A DNA stretch of 64,000 bases, from assembly GCA_965153455.1 (NCBI GenBank), contig OZ234493.1, positions 36,694,213 through 36,758,212 of the forward strand. Reading direction: 5' to 3'. A program made the translations under genes and the position numbers. The notes beneath the pieces are model-generated. The model did not search any database. It saw nothing but the letters and a program-made list of their open reading frames with translations, and was not told where the DNA came from. Positions 25,340 through 39,849 of this stretch are shown here, piece after piece. Origin of the DNA: Sphagnum compactum. Taxonomy: Eukaryota. Every line of letters starts with the position of its first letter. The first letter of the stretch is position 1.

Positions 25340-25540
25340 TAAACCAGGGTCCAGCACCCACACTGGATTCTGGTACTTTCCCCTCTAGGGAGTGAGGCCT
25401 TTTAGTGGCTATATTTAAGCTAGGAAATTTTTCAATTTGGACTCTGAGATCTTTGGTTTAGTCTTTGGCTGGTTAGAAGCAACCTTAGAACATTCAGGAA
25501 TTTTCGACCGTGGTATCAATGTGGGTGCCGGTTCACCCAA
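25340..25540. mobile_element. MITE of the GGGTGAACCAGCACC-terminus family
   Basis: Inverted ends ccagcacccacact / atgtgggtgccggttcaccc. The internal gtgaggcc..ttagtggc..tatatttaa block is the reverse complement of copies at ~35700 and ~56830. Confidence 0.6.
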
Positions 25541-26250
25541 GGCGTTTGCTGTGGATGCTGCCTAAATCTGATGATGTAAATTTGGCAATCTTTGTAGTGT
25601 AATAATTTGTAGTGTAATAAAAAAATACAATAAGAATGAAAAGAGGCTGAGAGAAAATAAGGACCTATTTACTTATTATGGGACTCTAGCTCAAATCTTT
25701 GAGAAATGTTTATTAAAAAACTAGATATGAGAATGGCAATGTAGGGACTTCAAAGTTGATTTGAAATCTTGAAGGGACTCATTTGGGGAGGTGGTGGTTT
25801 TGAGATTTGTGTTTTTTGTGTGTTGGGTCTAAAGAAAGAATGGATTGATTGATGGTTATTTTCTGAATTTGAATCCAACATGACTTTAAGATGTTTCTAA
25901 GGATCTTTAAGTAGTTTGTGCTCAATAGGAAAACTCTTCAAGTCAAATGGTTAGCTAGGTCATATTTCTAAGATCTTAGAAAGACACACATGGTCATACA
26001 TTGGGATCCTTATACTTTTTGGAAGAGAAGCACAAGAAGTTGTCATTTGGTCGGTCGGTCGGTCAGTCACACATTAGCTTTGACCTTACAGTTTATGGGC
26101 GACTAATCAAAGATCATATTTCAAGTTTTTCAAAACTTCGGGCCCAAAGGTAGCGTTAAGGGGTTCAGATTTCCATGCCATGAGGGAGCACCCTGAACAA
26201 TTCAAGTTTCCAAGTTTTGGCATCTCACAAATTTTCACACACAGGCGTCA

Positions 26251-26666
26251 ACTGTTAATTCAAGTCTTTGTGCACATAATATGCTCACTTTTGATCACTT
26301 TGTTGTGAAAACTTGAAAACCAAGCTTAACTATTTTATTAAGATTTAAAACTTGGAAAGAATTTTCACTAGAAAAACTAATCGTTATTTGCGTTCAGATA
26401 CTGTAATTTTTTAATGTGGGTAAATGAACCAGTGGGGTTTGGGGAGGTAAGACGCGACTGTTAATTCAAGTCTTTGTGCACATAACATGCTCACTTTTGA
26501 TCACTTTGTTGTGGAAACTTGAAAACCAAGCTTAACCATTTTATCGAGATTTACTTGTAAAACATGGACACAATTTTCAGTAGTAATAATAACCGTTATT
26601 TTTGTTCAGATACTGTAAATTTTTTTAAATGTGGGTAAATGAACCAGCAGGGTTTGGGGAGGTAAG
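26251..26666. repeat. Direct tandem duplication, period ~206 bp
   Basis: actgttaattcaagtctttgtgcacataa at 26251 and 26457; both units end ggggtttggggaggtaag. Confidence 0.9.
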
Positions 26667-27480
26667 TACTCCAGAGCCCAAACCCATAGGTTTATTATTT
26701 AACCTAATTTGAATTTATTCACCAATGCCCCACTTCCTCCCTCGTACTTGGAAAAAAAATTCCTCAACCCTCGAAATCATGAGCCTCAACAAAAAATTGC
26801 GGTGGGTAAAGTTAGGTTAGAAAATTTTCTACTAAAAAAAGCCAAGTGTCGGCGTAACTGTCTACTGCACCGCTTGCGGAGGAATTTAAGGCAGTTGGCG
26901 GTTGGAATTATGAGGGTCGGAACAGTCAAAAGTCTCGGGTGACCCGGACATCACCATCCAGCGTTCACTCGGGCTGGAGAAGTCATCCCTTGTTGGATAA
27001 GACCAGTGACGTGGAAGGGCGGCAGTGGTGGGGGCAGTGGGTGAAGGAGTAAATCCGCCGTGTGGCTACACCTATTTAGGCTTATGGCGTAGATTGCCTT
27101 TCAACTTAGCCCGAAGTTTTGGCGGGTCCCACCCTGCGTACATGTCACCCCCTGGTTGTTGTAGGCTCTTTTTTTTGCCAGGAAACTTTTGTAATAATAC
27201 GTGTTGGTAAAAAAGTAAAATAATAAACAAAAAGGTAACTTCTGTTGAGGTTCGCGATGTGTTACTATGAACTAACTGCACGTTCATATTCTGGTAACTT
27301 CATGGAATATCCCCTATTTAAACTGTAACCTGTGGCTGGTTTGAGTTTTGAACTTTGGCCTCAAGACACAAGACTAAGGAACAGAGAGCCACCTTAATTT
27401 AGTCTTAGGAACGGACATTTACCATGGTCAGAATTAACCTGAAAAATTTCAGGATTTTAACCATGGTAGGGTTTAGGGTT

Positions 27481-27971
27481 CCGACATTAAATTAACCGTG
27501 GGTCTTAAATGCCAGCAGTACAAAAGTACTGCTGCATTCGTTTTTTCACTGTCTGCCCTTAGCCCAATTCAAATTTTCCCAAACATATATGGGTGATGCC
27601 CAAACACATTTGGGCCCATGATTGCGCACAGATGTAATACTTCTGTGTGTCCATAATACACCCAGAATGTGCATAACTCAGGGGCCAATTTTTTTCTAGG
27701 CAGCAACAATATGTGTGCGGGCTTCATCAGACACATTCTTACTCAGGCAACTTGATGATGCCCAAACACATTTGGTCCCATGATTATGCACATATGTAAT
27801 ACTTCTTTGTGTCCATTACAAGCCCAGAATGTGCATAATTCAGGGACCGAAATTTTTCTGGGCAGCAACAATATGTGTCCGGGCTTCATTAGACATATTT
27901 TAATTGGGCAACTGGGCAGGCATGAGAAAATAAATGCATGCATTTAAGACCCACAGCTGATTTAATGTCGA
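27481..27971. mobile_element. MITE-like element with ~30-bp TIR and internal ~162-bp duplication
   Basis: cgacattaaattaaccgtgggtcttaaatgc versus gcatttaagacccacagctgatttaatgtcg. tgatgcccaaacacatttgg occurs at 27594 and 27756. TSD unclear. Confidence 0.65.
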
Positions 27972-28868
27972 GGTAGTGTTAGTGTTCACGGAAAATGTTA
28001 ATTCGGCCAAAGGAAACAAATGCAGTCAGTACAAAAGTACTGCGACGATTTTTTCCTTCAGTCTGCCCATTTGTCCCATCCATATTTTCTCAAGTGGCAC
28101 CCAGGCATGTTTTGCACTTGTAACCTCACTTTTGTACTGACTGCATTCATTTCACATTCACCCTAGTTCACCCATGATGGTAAAGTATATATAGCAATTA
28201 CTTTGACCTTGAATTGCAGTCCAACATTAGATCAGAAACCAAGTGTAGGGGAGAAAAGCTCAAGTGTTGCAGGGTCATGTTAGAATAGTAAAGTTTTGTA
28301 GTGTAGTTTGGGGACCTGACCCTCAAATTCCTTACAATCCACAGTGCACTTCCACTCAAACAAAGAAAAGGAAGGAAAATATTATATTCCCTCCCTTGTT
28401 CTCACTAGCGGTGGAGTTAGACAAGTGAGAATTTTTTTGCCATTAACATATTAGATACTAAATTAAGTGAAATATAAAATGAGCCCATGAAGTTTAGGAA
28501 TTATGAGTAGGTACCCTACACCTTTTTCTTTCTTTCCATCTAATATGCTTACAACAAGTGTGGCTCATCCCCCTATTAGCTCTGCACCTTACCAAACTTT
28601 CAACTGTCAAATAGCAATTATAGAGGATGAGAGGGGCTACCCCAGTGGCTAAGGCGTGTGGCCATACCAGTCAGCTGCCCTGGTGGTTAGGGTTGAGGCT
28701 CTGTCACAAGAGTTATCAATAAAAAATATTAAAAACATATGTAACGAACTCACAGTTCTGAGCGACACCTGGTGAAACATTCCTCAAAATGAGGTATCAA
28801 GTGTAAACGACGCCATTCTGTTCCAGATCCTCTCCAACAAAGCTCAGTTGGTTATTGAGGTTAACAGG

Positions 28869-29242
28869 GCAGGGTGCTAAACACCCCCTAACGAGCTCTT
28901 TCCGGCGCCGGTTTCGGGCCTGACAGTGCAGCCCTGCGGAGAACTGCGTTGTTCCGCCGCAGGGTTTGACTTTTTGACTATAGGAGTTATTAAATAGAAA
29001 AGAAATCGTACTTTCCGCAGCGCCTGAATCTATGCCAGTGGTTAGTACCAAGTTCTAGCAGAGCAGAAAAGTAAATTCGTGCGGAACTTCAATGCTGTCG
29101 ACTATTGTTTTGCTGAATAAAAGAACGTATAGAACCGTGCTGCGTGGTTTTATGCAAAACGATGAAGGGCCGAAAAACATGTGCAAGAAAACAAGAAAAA
29201 CATGCTCTGGACAGAGCTCGTTAGGGGTGTTTAGCGCCCCGC
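28869..29242. mobile_element. Mutator-like MITE
   Basis: ~30-bp TIR gcagggtgctaaacacccc(c)taacgagctct / agagctcgttaggggtgtttagcgccccgc. 9-bp TSD gTTAACAGG (28860-28868) / aTTAACAGG (29243-29251). Confidence 0.85.
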
Positions 29243-32200
29243 ATTAACAGGTGTTGAGCACTACATGGTTTTCATTGCATTCACAAAAAAAGTGCACGTA
29301 CTAGTATGAACCACACAAAAAGACATGAGATATCATACTTGGCCATTGAGTTTGACACGTGTCGAGCGCTATAGGGTGGGATTTATTGTATTGGCAAAAG
29401 AGGTGCACCTAGTGGTACGAACCACAAAAGGATACTTGACCATTGAGTTTGACACGTGTCGAGCACTATAGGGTGGTTTTATTGTGTAATATGATTACAT
29501 GCCAAAATGCATTTAATTTAAAAATTAAAAAACCAAAACCAAAACAGAAACAAACAAAAACTAGGCGATTGGCTGATGACAATTCCACTTATTCTAAGGC
29601 CTGGTTTGCACATTAGGTACTTATAACATGGTTACTGCTTGTAGAAGCAATCCCAAACTGCATGAATCAAATACAGTAATTTACTCGTATAGCAACGATC
29701 CGTCACTAATGACAAAATATTGTGTGGTTTTCCATAACCCCAAAGGAAAGGCTTTTCTAGTCATGAATGAATGGGATGATGGTGTTTATTTTACATCCTT
29801 AGTTGGGTTAGTCATATTAACAAAACTACTGGCAATATTGTCCATAAGAAAAGAAATTATTGCCTCTATATGAACCCTGACCAAAATTATACATGTTTAA
29901 CTTATTAGATGAAGAAGTTGGAAGCAAGGTGTCCCATCTGACCCCAAATGCTATATATATTTTAAAATTACATGCAATTAGAGTCAGTTTGGATGAGGTT
30001 TTAATTGGCGTTTAAACTTTCACGCTTGCTCCCCAATACCTGGGATAATGAAATTGGGTTTGCTTGGGTGCTACCCTAAAGCACTTGGACAAATATATCC
30101 TAAATATACTTAGAGGGCACCTTGTTTCTTGAGTAACCCTCGTAGCAAAGAGGAGCCATATTATGGCCTTATCGTAGGCCCCTTATGTTGGGAATGCCCT
30201 CACCCATGTGCCTTGCCCAACACATAACCTGTTACTACAAGAACCTTGAAGTGCAGATTACCCAAAATCCCCAAACAGGATTTTTCAGGTCCTCGCTTAC
30301 TGGATAATGGGGGCCAAATCCTAGCTTCCTCAGGTGGCACTGCATACTTAGGTCAACAGTATTTAGGATGTGATCCTGAGATAGTGGAAATTCATGAATA
30401 CTTATTGGGTTTATCAACGAAGGTTAGTCCATTATTTGTTAAAATGCTCCATCTCTCAATAAACACACCGGTCCTCACTTTTGTAATTACATGTTAAGCT
30501 TTCTTACACAAATGTTCAACCTTTTGGTTTTTCTTAACCAATAAGAGTAATTACACATGGTTTTTGCTCCATTGGATTTCATGATACCCTTCTGCACTTT
30601 GGAGTGCCACCCAAGTTGCAAGGTCCAAGTGCAATCCCCACTGGCCAACCTACTTAAACCAACCCAAAACAAAATTCAATTCTTTGTTAAATTGTGCCCA
30701 TATATGAAACTTGGGTCGAAATGACACAACTTGATCTTTCACCATTCATGTTCAAATTACATGAAACTTTGTGGAAATACCTTGAGGGGAAGGTGGGAGG
30801 ACGTCGGGAAGTTGGCCACATGGAATACAAACATTCTTCTTCTTATGGTGAGGGCTTATCCAGTGTAAAGTGACCAAGAATGTTGCCTAAAACACTTTTG
30901 GTCCACAAAGCTTTATTGAATCCATGTCAAGCTTCTAGGAATGCAAGCTCTTTGGACTGGATTTAGTTGGATGGACTTTTTGGGTACATAAGTCTAAACA
31001 TGCTTTTTCAGTTCCACCTCATTATCTTTTAACCAATGATATTAAATTAATTAGCAGTTTAACACTATAGGATGGGTTTTGTTTGGATTTTTTTTAAAAT
31101 TGTTTCTTCCCAAATTAACAAACCTTTGAAAATTATTTTGCACTTCTTTCGGAAAGTGCTTGAAACAAGTTGGTGAAGTTTTGTAAATTTCCTCAATTTT
31201 GTTTAATTTGCGTGCTTTTTGCAAAACACTTGTGACATGCGCACTTCATATTGTCATCAAGCATGCATATTTCACTCATGCACATGTCACTGACTGGCGG
31301 CACTCTGCTCTTTTGTAGGACTTATCCAAACGCAGACCCACCTGCAAATTTTGTTAACGCACAGGGCAGGAAAGCGACGTAGAACTTGAGCACCGAGAAG
31401 AGGACGACGAGGGGAAAAAAATCACCAACGCAAAAGAGAGTTAGCAGCTGTCACCATGGTATCTACGTGTCAAGTTTCAACTCCAAACTTGCCACACATT
31501 ACATGTACATGTGTCACCATATGGATACAACAATGACACGAGGGCTGAACAACAGCATTATGTGGAATATGTACTGTTGTTATTTCACGGATGATAGCCA
31601 TAATGCAACCGTGGCAAGCCTAGCAAGTAAATGGATGATAACCATAATGCAACTGTGGCAAGCCTAGTAAGTAAATGACGTGGTTTGCATTTTTAAGCCT
31701 CCTTAAACCCTTAATCTCATATTCAATTTGGCCATATGTATATTTGAATGACTCTGATTATGGCACGTGAAGGTGGCTTATCATTTTGGGCATGAAAATT
31801 CTATTTCCAAAATGGTTTGTCCCCATTTTCAACGTGGACTAATGCCCCCATTATAAATTGGGAGTGATCCAGACATTTGGTTATTTTCTACACATGTAAA
31901 TGCATGTCAATGAACGTTTGACATGTGGCAAAAAAAGGGTTACCACTTACAAGTCAGTTAGAAATACATTTTCCAAAATGTCCACGTAAAGGTGACACAC
32001 TTATACTAAGCCAATGACCTAGCCCTAGACCAAGCCAATTCTAAACAAAATTCTATACAACCAATGAGGTGGGACAGCGGGGAGGCGGCAGAGAGGCAGC
32101 ATGCACCCAAGAGCCCCAGGTTTTTCCCAGTGTAGGGCGGGTATGTAATTCTTTTGATTATAGTGGGGTCCAGGTTTCAGATTTTTTTTAATTTTAAATC

Positions 32201-33539
32201 CACAACAGGTCCGGGTCTATGGAAAGAAATTTCAAATAACAGGTTGGGTCCAGGTTTTAAAATGTAAGTGAGCAAGGGGTGCAAGGCCGGTCCGAGGGTT
32301 TAATGCATTTGAAGGCGGGCACACAATCTCGGGTCTTTATCAAAAGCCCTGCCCAATATCCTAGTGAGTTCTTTAAATTATTCTGGTTCTTTGACAAAAA
32401 AACCTCACTATCACTCTTGAGTTTTACCCAGTTCGTAGAAATGAAATATTCATTTTTTTTTACTTTCACAAAACGTATTGACATTTAGAGTTTAGGGTTC
32501 ATGGATTATGAAACTGCAATCCAAAGTTCAAAGAAAGAATTTTATTAACAAAGAGTTTTGGAAAGGCATAACATTGTCTTTTTCTATATTTTTAAATTCT
32601 AAACCTAATTATAAGAACTCATCCTAATGTCCAACCAACATGCATGGATGAAAATGATTGTTTGTTTTTGTTAGATATGGTTTTTTGTATGAAACTATTC
32701 CATGTTCTTTTCATTTAACATGCTCCAAAGACCAAAAGTTTGATCCAACTGACCTCAAAGATTAACACCTTCATTCAGTCCCTCAAAGACATTTTACACA
32801 TACTAACTTTCAAAGACAAACACAACCTATAACCCTAAATGACGTAAACAAATAAATAGATAGACAATAAACCTTCAAAGACAAATATAAATAGACATCT
32901 AAATAATAGACATATATTATACATATACCTTCAAAGACAAATAGACAAACAAGTGATCAACAAATACCTGACCTTCAAAATAAACAAATAGTAGATATCA
33001 AACCTAAAAAGATAAATAGCTAGCCGGCTATGCATACACATTGCATATAGACTATGAAAAATTAATCTAAGCAAAATGCAAACTCAAAATGTCACAAACA
33101 TACATACTTTAAAAAGGCAAACACAAAGTAACCTTGAAAAACACAAAGAACAAACAACCCTTCAAAACAATTCAGAGTTCAAAAATTCTAAACTCTACAA
33201 ACCAACACAAATGAACCTCAAAGACCATGAGTCTAGAATCTTCAAATTGTCCATGTTTCACATTGAAACACAATGAAATTTGAAGACCTTAAAATCTAGA
33301 AACATGGAAAAACTTTCTACTAACACATGTAATCAATTCATCATTTTCATATTCAGCTAGTCTTCACTTGTAAGGGAGGACTTTTAGCAACTACAAATCC
33401 CCATTTGCATATTCTTCATGCTCCACTTCATCCACGAATTCAACATCCAACTCGTCTATCAAGTTAAATTTTGTTCCACAAACAGCTACCAAATCAAATG
33501 GTTTTACACAACCAACATGAGGATTAGATGGCTAATTCT

Positions 33540-34020
33540 TATGGACGACTTGTCCAAATTGTCAGTTTGAAATCGACATCTTTTGAGTGTTGTGAGGACT
33601 CCAGCAATGGAAAAGATTTTTTTAGTCTCAATCTAGCTAGCTAGGATTCCCAAAATATGTCTTGAAAGTGCAACCACTATTGGAAACTTTTGTTCTTCTG
33701 TCCGACACCATGTCAAAGCACATGAACAATTTTCTACATCAATAAGATATTGACAGAACAAACCAAATTTTTAGCATACAATGTCCTTATAGGTATCTAC
33801 AGTTGTGGTGGTTTGTTGGAATAGATCCTAAAAATCCACAAGAGGCAGACTCATCCAAATAATCCCCTCTATTTGGCAGCAAACCTTTGTAAGCCTCCAA
33901 TAGTAGAGTTAACAAATTGTTCGTCGTAATCTGCCACTAGAATGGCAATAGCTTCATGATCCAAATAAGTAGTCACCAAATGCATACCTTTGTACTTAGA
34001 ATCTAACATAAGCCCGCAAG
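33540..34020 (-). pseudogene. hAT transposase C-terminal relic (element roughly 32130-34560)
   Basis: Minus strand LMLDSKYK..., ALTWCRTEEQKFPIVVALSRHILGILAS*IETKKIFSIAG..RCR...NLDK, the hAT dimerisation domain. Flanks are rich in gggtcc/gggtatg subterminal motifs. Confidence 0.75.
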
Positions 34021-35556
34021 CTTTATAGAATGCAAGCAAGAAGGTTGAGAAGCTTACCTTTTTCTGTGTTGTCGACTATGAGTTCCATAGCTTTTACTTT
34101 TTGCTGCTAGGAAACTCATAAACTCACATTGATGATTGTAAGACCTTGAGCAATCAACAAGATGGTGCTGCAACATCCACCATGCAACGTTCAAAAGTGC
34201 CAAGTTGCAAAAGCGCTTGTTAAAAATGATGAGACACAAAATTTGACAGACCACAAATGAATGAACAAATATGGAGATGCAAAATGAAACACAAAACTAA
34301 TCTGACCTGAAATATTAAGTACATAACAACTTTTTAAACGCTAACCCTAAATTATACCACCATTGGGTGTACGACTACAAAGGTACTCGGGCATTTGGTA
34401 AATACCCTTTCCTTTATTTACCTCATGGGTTGAGTATGGGTATATATAAAGATTATATCTCAACGATGGGTATGAGGCGAAGGTGGGTATGTTAACATAG
34501 ATTATTCTAGGGTATGAGGTGGGGGGTGGGTTTTCGAGAAGTTCACATCCGCCAACTCTAACTATTTATACGTGGGTTGATACCCAGCGAGGGTTCGGAG
34601 ATTTTTCTGGTACCTGCCCCCATACTGGTTTTTCCCTTGGGGAGGAGTTGGGAGTTTGGATTTTGGTGTTCTCAATGTGTTCCATATGGTTCCCAAAAAG
34701 GGAAAGACTTCGATTACAAAATATTGGGAATCTCCAATGTGTGATTTTGAATAGCAACTCTGGTGATGAGCCAATCAAAGAGGCCATCACCCAAACCCCA
34801 AATTTGAACTTTGGGTGTTCCCACAAAACTCCATTAACATGAATCACAGGCATTTCTTTCCTTTTTACAAATTTTTCAAATATTTGAATACCATTTTGTT
34901 TTTATGTGAGTTCTTTCCATGGATGATGTAGGTTGAAAATTATCCAGAGACTTGCATTTTGGAGTTGATTGTCACTGTGCTAGGTGCAGATTAATTGGAA
35001 ACTCCCTAATGTTAGATATTTCACTTACTCAAGGGGGTGGGAAAGTGCTTGCAGATTTAGGAGGAAAGAAAGGGGGAAAGACCCAATATTGCCCCTGTCT
35101 GTCCCCATTGGCTGGATTCATGCACGATGTACTCTGACAAAACTGTATGGACATTGCCACATGCCCACAGAAAGGGAATTTTTTTGCTGATTCCAGAGAA
35201 AGTTTGATTGGGGGACTCTATAACGTCCTGCTCTAATAATATTAGAGCACCTATTCTTCCTCTTTTTCATCAACTTTATATGAGCAATGGCCACACAAGA
35301 TTTGGATAACACAGGTATAAATGAAAATTTGGCTGACCCCACAAAAGGTTTGGATAACTTAGGAATAAATGAAATTTTGTCTTTTCCTAAAGGGATGTCA
35401 ATGAAATGGTGTACACATGGCATAAATTTATTGTGACCCCTCAATGGCTTTCTTTTTTACTTTATCCGAAACTTATGGCTACAGTTTCATAGAAGAAGAA
35501 TCCGATATGATCCATCGAAAACCTACCGACCTAGAAGGAGTTTGGTTTCACCTCCT

Positions 35557-35947
35557 TGGGTAAACCAGCACCTACGCTGGTACCATGGTAACAACTAACA
35601 ACCCCAAATTTCATTTCAATTGCTTCTAAATATTGTAAACATCCGGAGCTTAGACTAAATCAGGGTCTTTGAGTCCAGATTTAACATAGCTTGGGTTTAA
35701 TATGGCCACTAAGAGGCCTCACTCAAGGCCTTGGGTGAACCAGCACCTAGGGTCGTACCATGGTAAAAATATCAAAATCCATTTAAATTATTTTTAAATA
35801 CCACAAATATCCCATGTTTAGACTAAATCAGGGTCTCTCAATTCAAATCTAACTTTTCTTGGGCTTAATATGGCCTCGAAGAGGCCTCAGTCTAAAAGGT
35901 AGAGGTACCAACTACCAACTAGGGTGCTGGTTCACCCTGGCCTCACT
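35557..35947. mobile_element. Two nested/tandem MITEs of the GGGTGAACCAGCACC family
   Basis: gggtaaaccagcacc (35558), gggtgaaccagcacc (35733) and gggtgctggttcaccc (35922-35937). 9-bp direct repeat GGCCTCACT at 35715-35723 and 35939-35947. Confidence 0.7.
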
Positions 35948-37476
35948 TCACTGGGATAGAAAGTTGACCATATTATGAACTTGGCACCAGAATATGTAAT
36001 ATGCCTGTGTTCAACACAGCCTTTTTTTAAATTGGCCAAATTTCGTCAAAAGATGAAATCAAAAATCAAAAAAGTTGAAAATGAAATGATTTTGGAGGTT
36101 TTAAATCTCCAAAAGTGAGAAAAAAGTTTAAATCGCAATACTTTAATATTGGGTTTTTTATTTTTAGCCAGAAGTACAAAAGGATGATGAAGGAATTGTA
36201 TTTCATATATGGTTTATAGCCAAATTTGGCTAAATCTCCTAAGGATGGTTGCCAGTTTTTTTACATCTTCCTATGGATGATCACTATTTTGACTTTTTTT
36301 TTTAAAAATTACGTCCAATCCCCTGCTTTTTGGAGAATTAAAAAAATACCCCAAAAATTCCTTTTGGGGGTCACAACCCAAAAACAAAATCACACTTTGG
36401 CAACATTTAGGGGACAAAAAAACCACTCCAGTGGAAGTCGAATGGATGAGCAGTCATCGCTAAAGTTGTTAGTAGGTTGTAATCATTGTCCAAGAAGATG
36501 CTGAGGCAAACGCGCCATTCTTTTATAGGTTGTATTGGGGTGTTACTATTTAACACCCATTTTTGAGGTACTTGTGTTTTAGGCAGGTTTTCTCTTCCTT
36601 TTTGAACGTATTCAATAGGTTCATCCAAACGTGAGCATCCAAGATGTTTTTTTTTTGTGGGGGAGGAGTACACAATTTGACAGAATCCATTAGAGAGAGA
36701 GAGAGAGATTTACACACAACACACCAACACAAACGCTTCTTTTTAATGGAGTGGGCAACAAAGTGTCCTTTTCTTTGAGGAAAAGCAAGAGTCCAATGTC
36801 AAAGAATGCTCAAGTCCATGAGTCATAACAACAGGGGCCACATCAATTTTCTATTTACCTTTTGGCCCCAAGCATGGTTCTTCTGACTACGTACCCCCAC
36901 AGGAGTACTGATTGAACTGTAATGTGCTAGGTACGGTTGATTTTCTTCTTTTTCTGAGGACGATTTTTTCCTTCATCTTATGTACTTTCATTTTTCCTTG
37001 ATCTTTGGTACATCGTACTATGCATGCATAGCATATGGCTTGTTTATTTCCTATAGGGAGATGATTTGATTATATGTATTATGAACCTTACCACATTGTC
37101 TGCACCCTATGATACTGTACTAACCACAACTGATGTTTGGAACAAAACAATTCTAAAAGGTTTAGCTGAATTAAATTAAAAATTTGATATCTGTTGAATT
37201 TTTTTTTTTTTAAACTGTCCCAATCATTAGGTTCCTATTATAAATACACAAGACAAAGTGTATTTTTCATATGTAAAGCATTGTCATATTTGTTTTTGTC
37301 TATATTTTGGTCCTTCATTGGGTCCTAAAAATACTATTCATTGATGTTGTAATGATGTCGCATAACAATAACTCACACCATTCGAAAGATACTCTCAAAC
37401 TTGTCAGAATATTTTCTATCGAGTGGAAGTTATTCATCAACCTACCCCTTCTCACTTTCAATATGTCCTTCATTGT

Positions 37477-37716
37477 CCCTGGCATTGCAACATTGTCCTT
37501 AAACGTAGAAAAAGGGTCTATCGACAGCAGACCCTTCTAGATTTTTGACCACTCCTGGTCCCTGGCATTGCAACATTGTCCTTAAACGTAGAAAAAGGGT
37601 CTATCGACAGCAGACCCTTCTAGATTTTTGATCACTCCTGGGCCAATCTCAGATTCGAAAGAGTCCCCTAGATTTTCAACCACTCCTGGGCCAATCTCAA
37701 ATTCGAAAGAGTCTCC
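37477..37716. repeat. Overlapping tandem duplications (83-bp x2, then ~49-bp x2)
   Basis: ggcattgcaacattgtccttaaacg at 37481 and 37564; cactcctgggccaatctca.attcgaaagagtc occurs twice. Confidence 0.9.
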
Positions 37717-39849
37717 TGATAGACCTTTCTCCTATACTTATTCATCAAATGTTGATATTCTGAAAAAATCAATTTGAAACTGTAGAACCTTGCTTTTTTA
37801 AATAAATAATTAGTCGACAAAGAAGTGCCAATTGTCAATCAGTGTACAGTAGTATCACCACATCTCCTTGCAGGGGTGTTTCATTAGGAAGAGAGTGGTA
37901 TTGAATTTTTAGTCCTTACGTTTGTCAGTCTGGTTGCTTGATTGCATAGATTTTGTGACAGAAGGGAGCTCATCAATGACAGTGGAATTTTCAATATTTG
38001 GGCCGGAGGATCTAGACAAAGAGAATGAAAATGGAAATATCAACACATAGAACAATTGTCTTTTCTTTTTGGTCTTTATATTATTATACGTTAAATTTAA
38101 ATTCTACAATAAGCGTAAATGTCCCCTCTTCACCTTGGTCAGGGTGAACTGTCTCCTAAACCGGTACCTTCCCATTCTTGATCAGTGAGGCCTCTTAGTG
38201 GCAATCCTCGACCTGCAACTCAGAGACTCTTATTTTGATATTTCTACTGCCGAGAAGCAACACAAACGATTTTGGGGCTTTCATATTTAACCCGCGAAAA
38301 TATAAAAATTTGTACTTGGAGACCCTCACTTAGTCTTAGGATGGGATACCCTACTACCTTATAAGCTTCAACACTAATTATCTTATTTTCAGAAATGCTG
38401 AAATTTCTCATATTTTTCAAATAAAAAATGTGTGAAAGAAAACATTGGATAGCTTCAAGGATACTTTATTTGTCCAAATGAAATTTTCAGTATTAATTGA
38501 TTGTATGACAGACATGTGTCAAAGCTGCCAAGGTAATATGGTATTCATAATGTTTAGAACCAACCCCAAAAAATTGGGGTTTTTTCCTAATGTTGACCAT
38601 ATACTGAAAATTTTAATTATCAACATGCATAAATGTTAGATATGCATAATGCATATCCTGATTTCGGCCCTTTTCCCATATTTGGTGATATAGGTAATTG
38701 ATAGACCTAGGTCCTATCAATATCCTTATGTGTATATACATATCTGCTGTCATTGACAACTTGCAACATGCATATGTGTTGCTAAAATTTTATGGAATCT
38801 TGGATATGTATATCCTACCCTATGCATATTCTTTATTTAGTGTTTACGGAGTCCGGACATGCACATGTATATGCATATATGAATTAAGATTTAGGGATAC
38901 CCAAGTTTTTCCATTATGATTTACTAGGGTTTACGATTTCTAAGGATTCTCACTTAGGAGTTACAAACAAGCTTTCTATCACAAAGCACTTTGTTGAAAA
39001 GGATTTTGACTAGTGTTGTGTAGGTATATAGGGTGCAACCTAGTTATATAATATTGATATGAATATTGGTATTGAAAAACATATTAGTTGAATATGACTT
39101 CAGGTTTCATTAGCCTTATACTAATACAAAACTAGTATGAAAGTTTTTTTTCAATGCTCAATACCAAAATTTGGCAAGTATGAAAAAAAAATCAAATATG
39201 AAGACTAGTTAGTATGTTCAAAAGTTAATACCTACACAACATTTGTCTAAACTTTCACAAGAGGTTGAAACCTCTACACCATGGATGCAAAAAGACAATG
39301 TCATCGTTCTTGAGAATGTCAATGGGGTTGACGGACCACTTGCAATTGAAGATGTGGCCTCAAACATGACATGGGTAGCATTTTGGATGTAGAAAACATG
39401 TTTTTGGAACATGATAGCTTGATGAAAATTGAAGGATTGTAACTTGCAATTCTATACGACCTTAAATTGCAATTTGGAAACCACACATTTAAACTTTAAT
39501 TTGTTATTATTTTTTTTGTTATGAATAAAAGGTTCCTTGTAAACCTTGTAAAACTTTAAAATGTTACAACTTATTGTTTGTAAGTAAGAACAAGCATTTA
39601 ATAATGTCAAGTGTCCCAAGATCAAATTTGAAGAAATGGCTTAATAAGTATAATAAGATTAATAGGATTACTCTTATGAAAACGCATGTTGATTGTGTGC
39701 ACCTCAAGTTATCTACTTAGGGAAAGTTGTAGTTCATCCAATAGGCAACTAATTGCATATTTTGAGTCCACAAACCTTTGTAAAAAAACAAGGCAAAACA
39801 AGCATTTCTCACATATCTATTTCTCTACATTTGCAAGAGTTCGAAAGTG

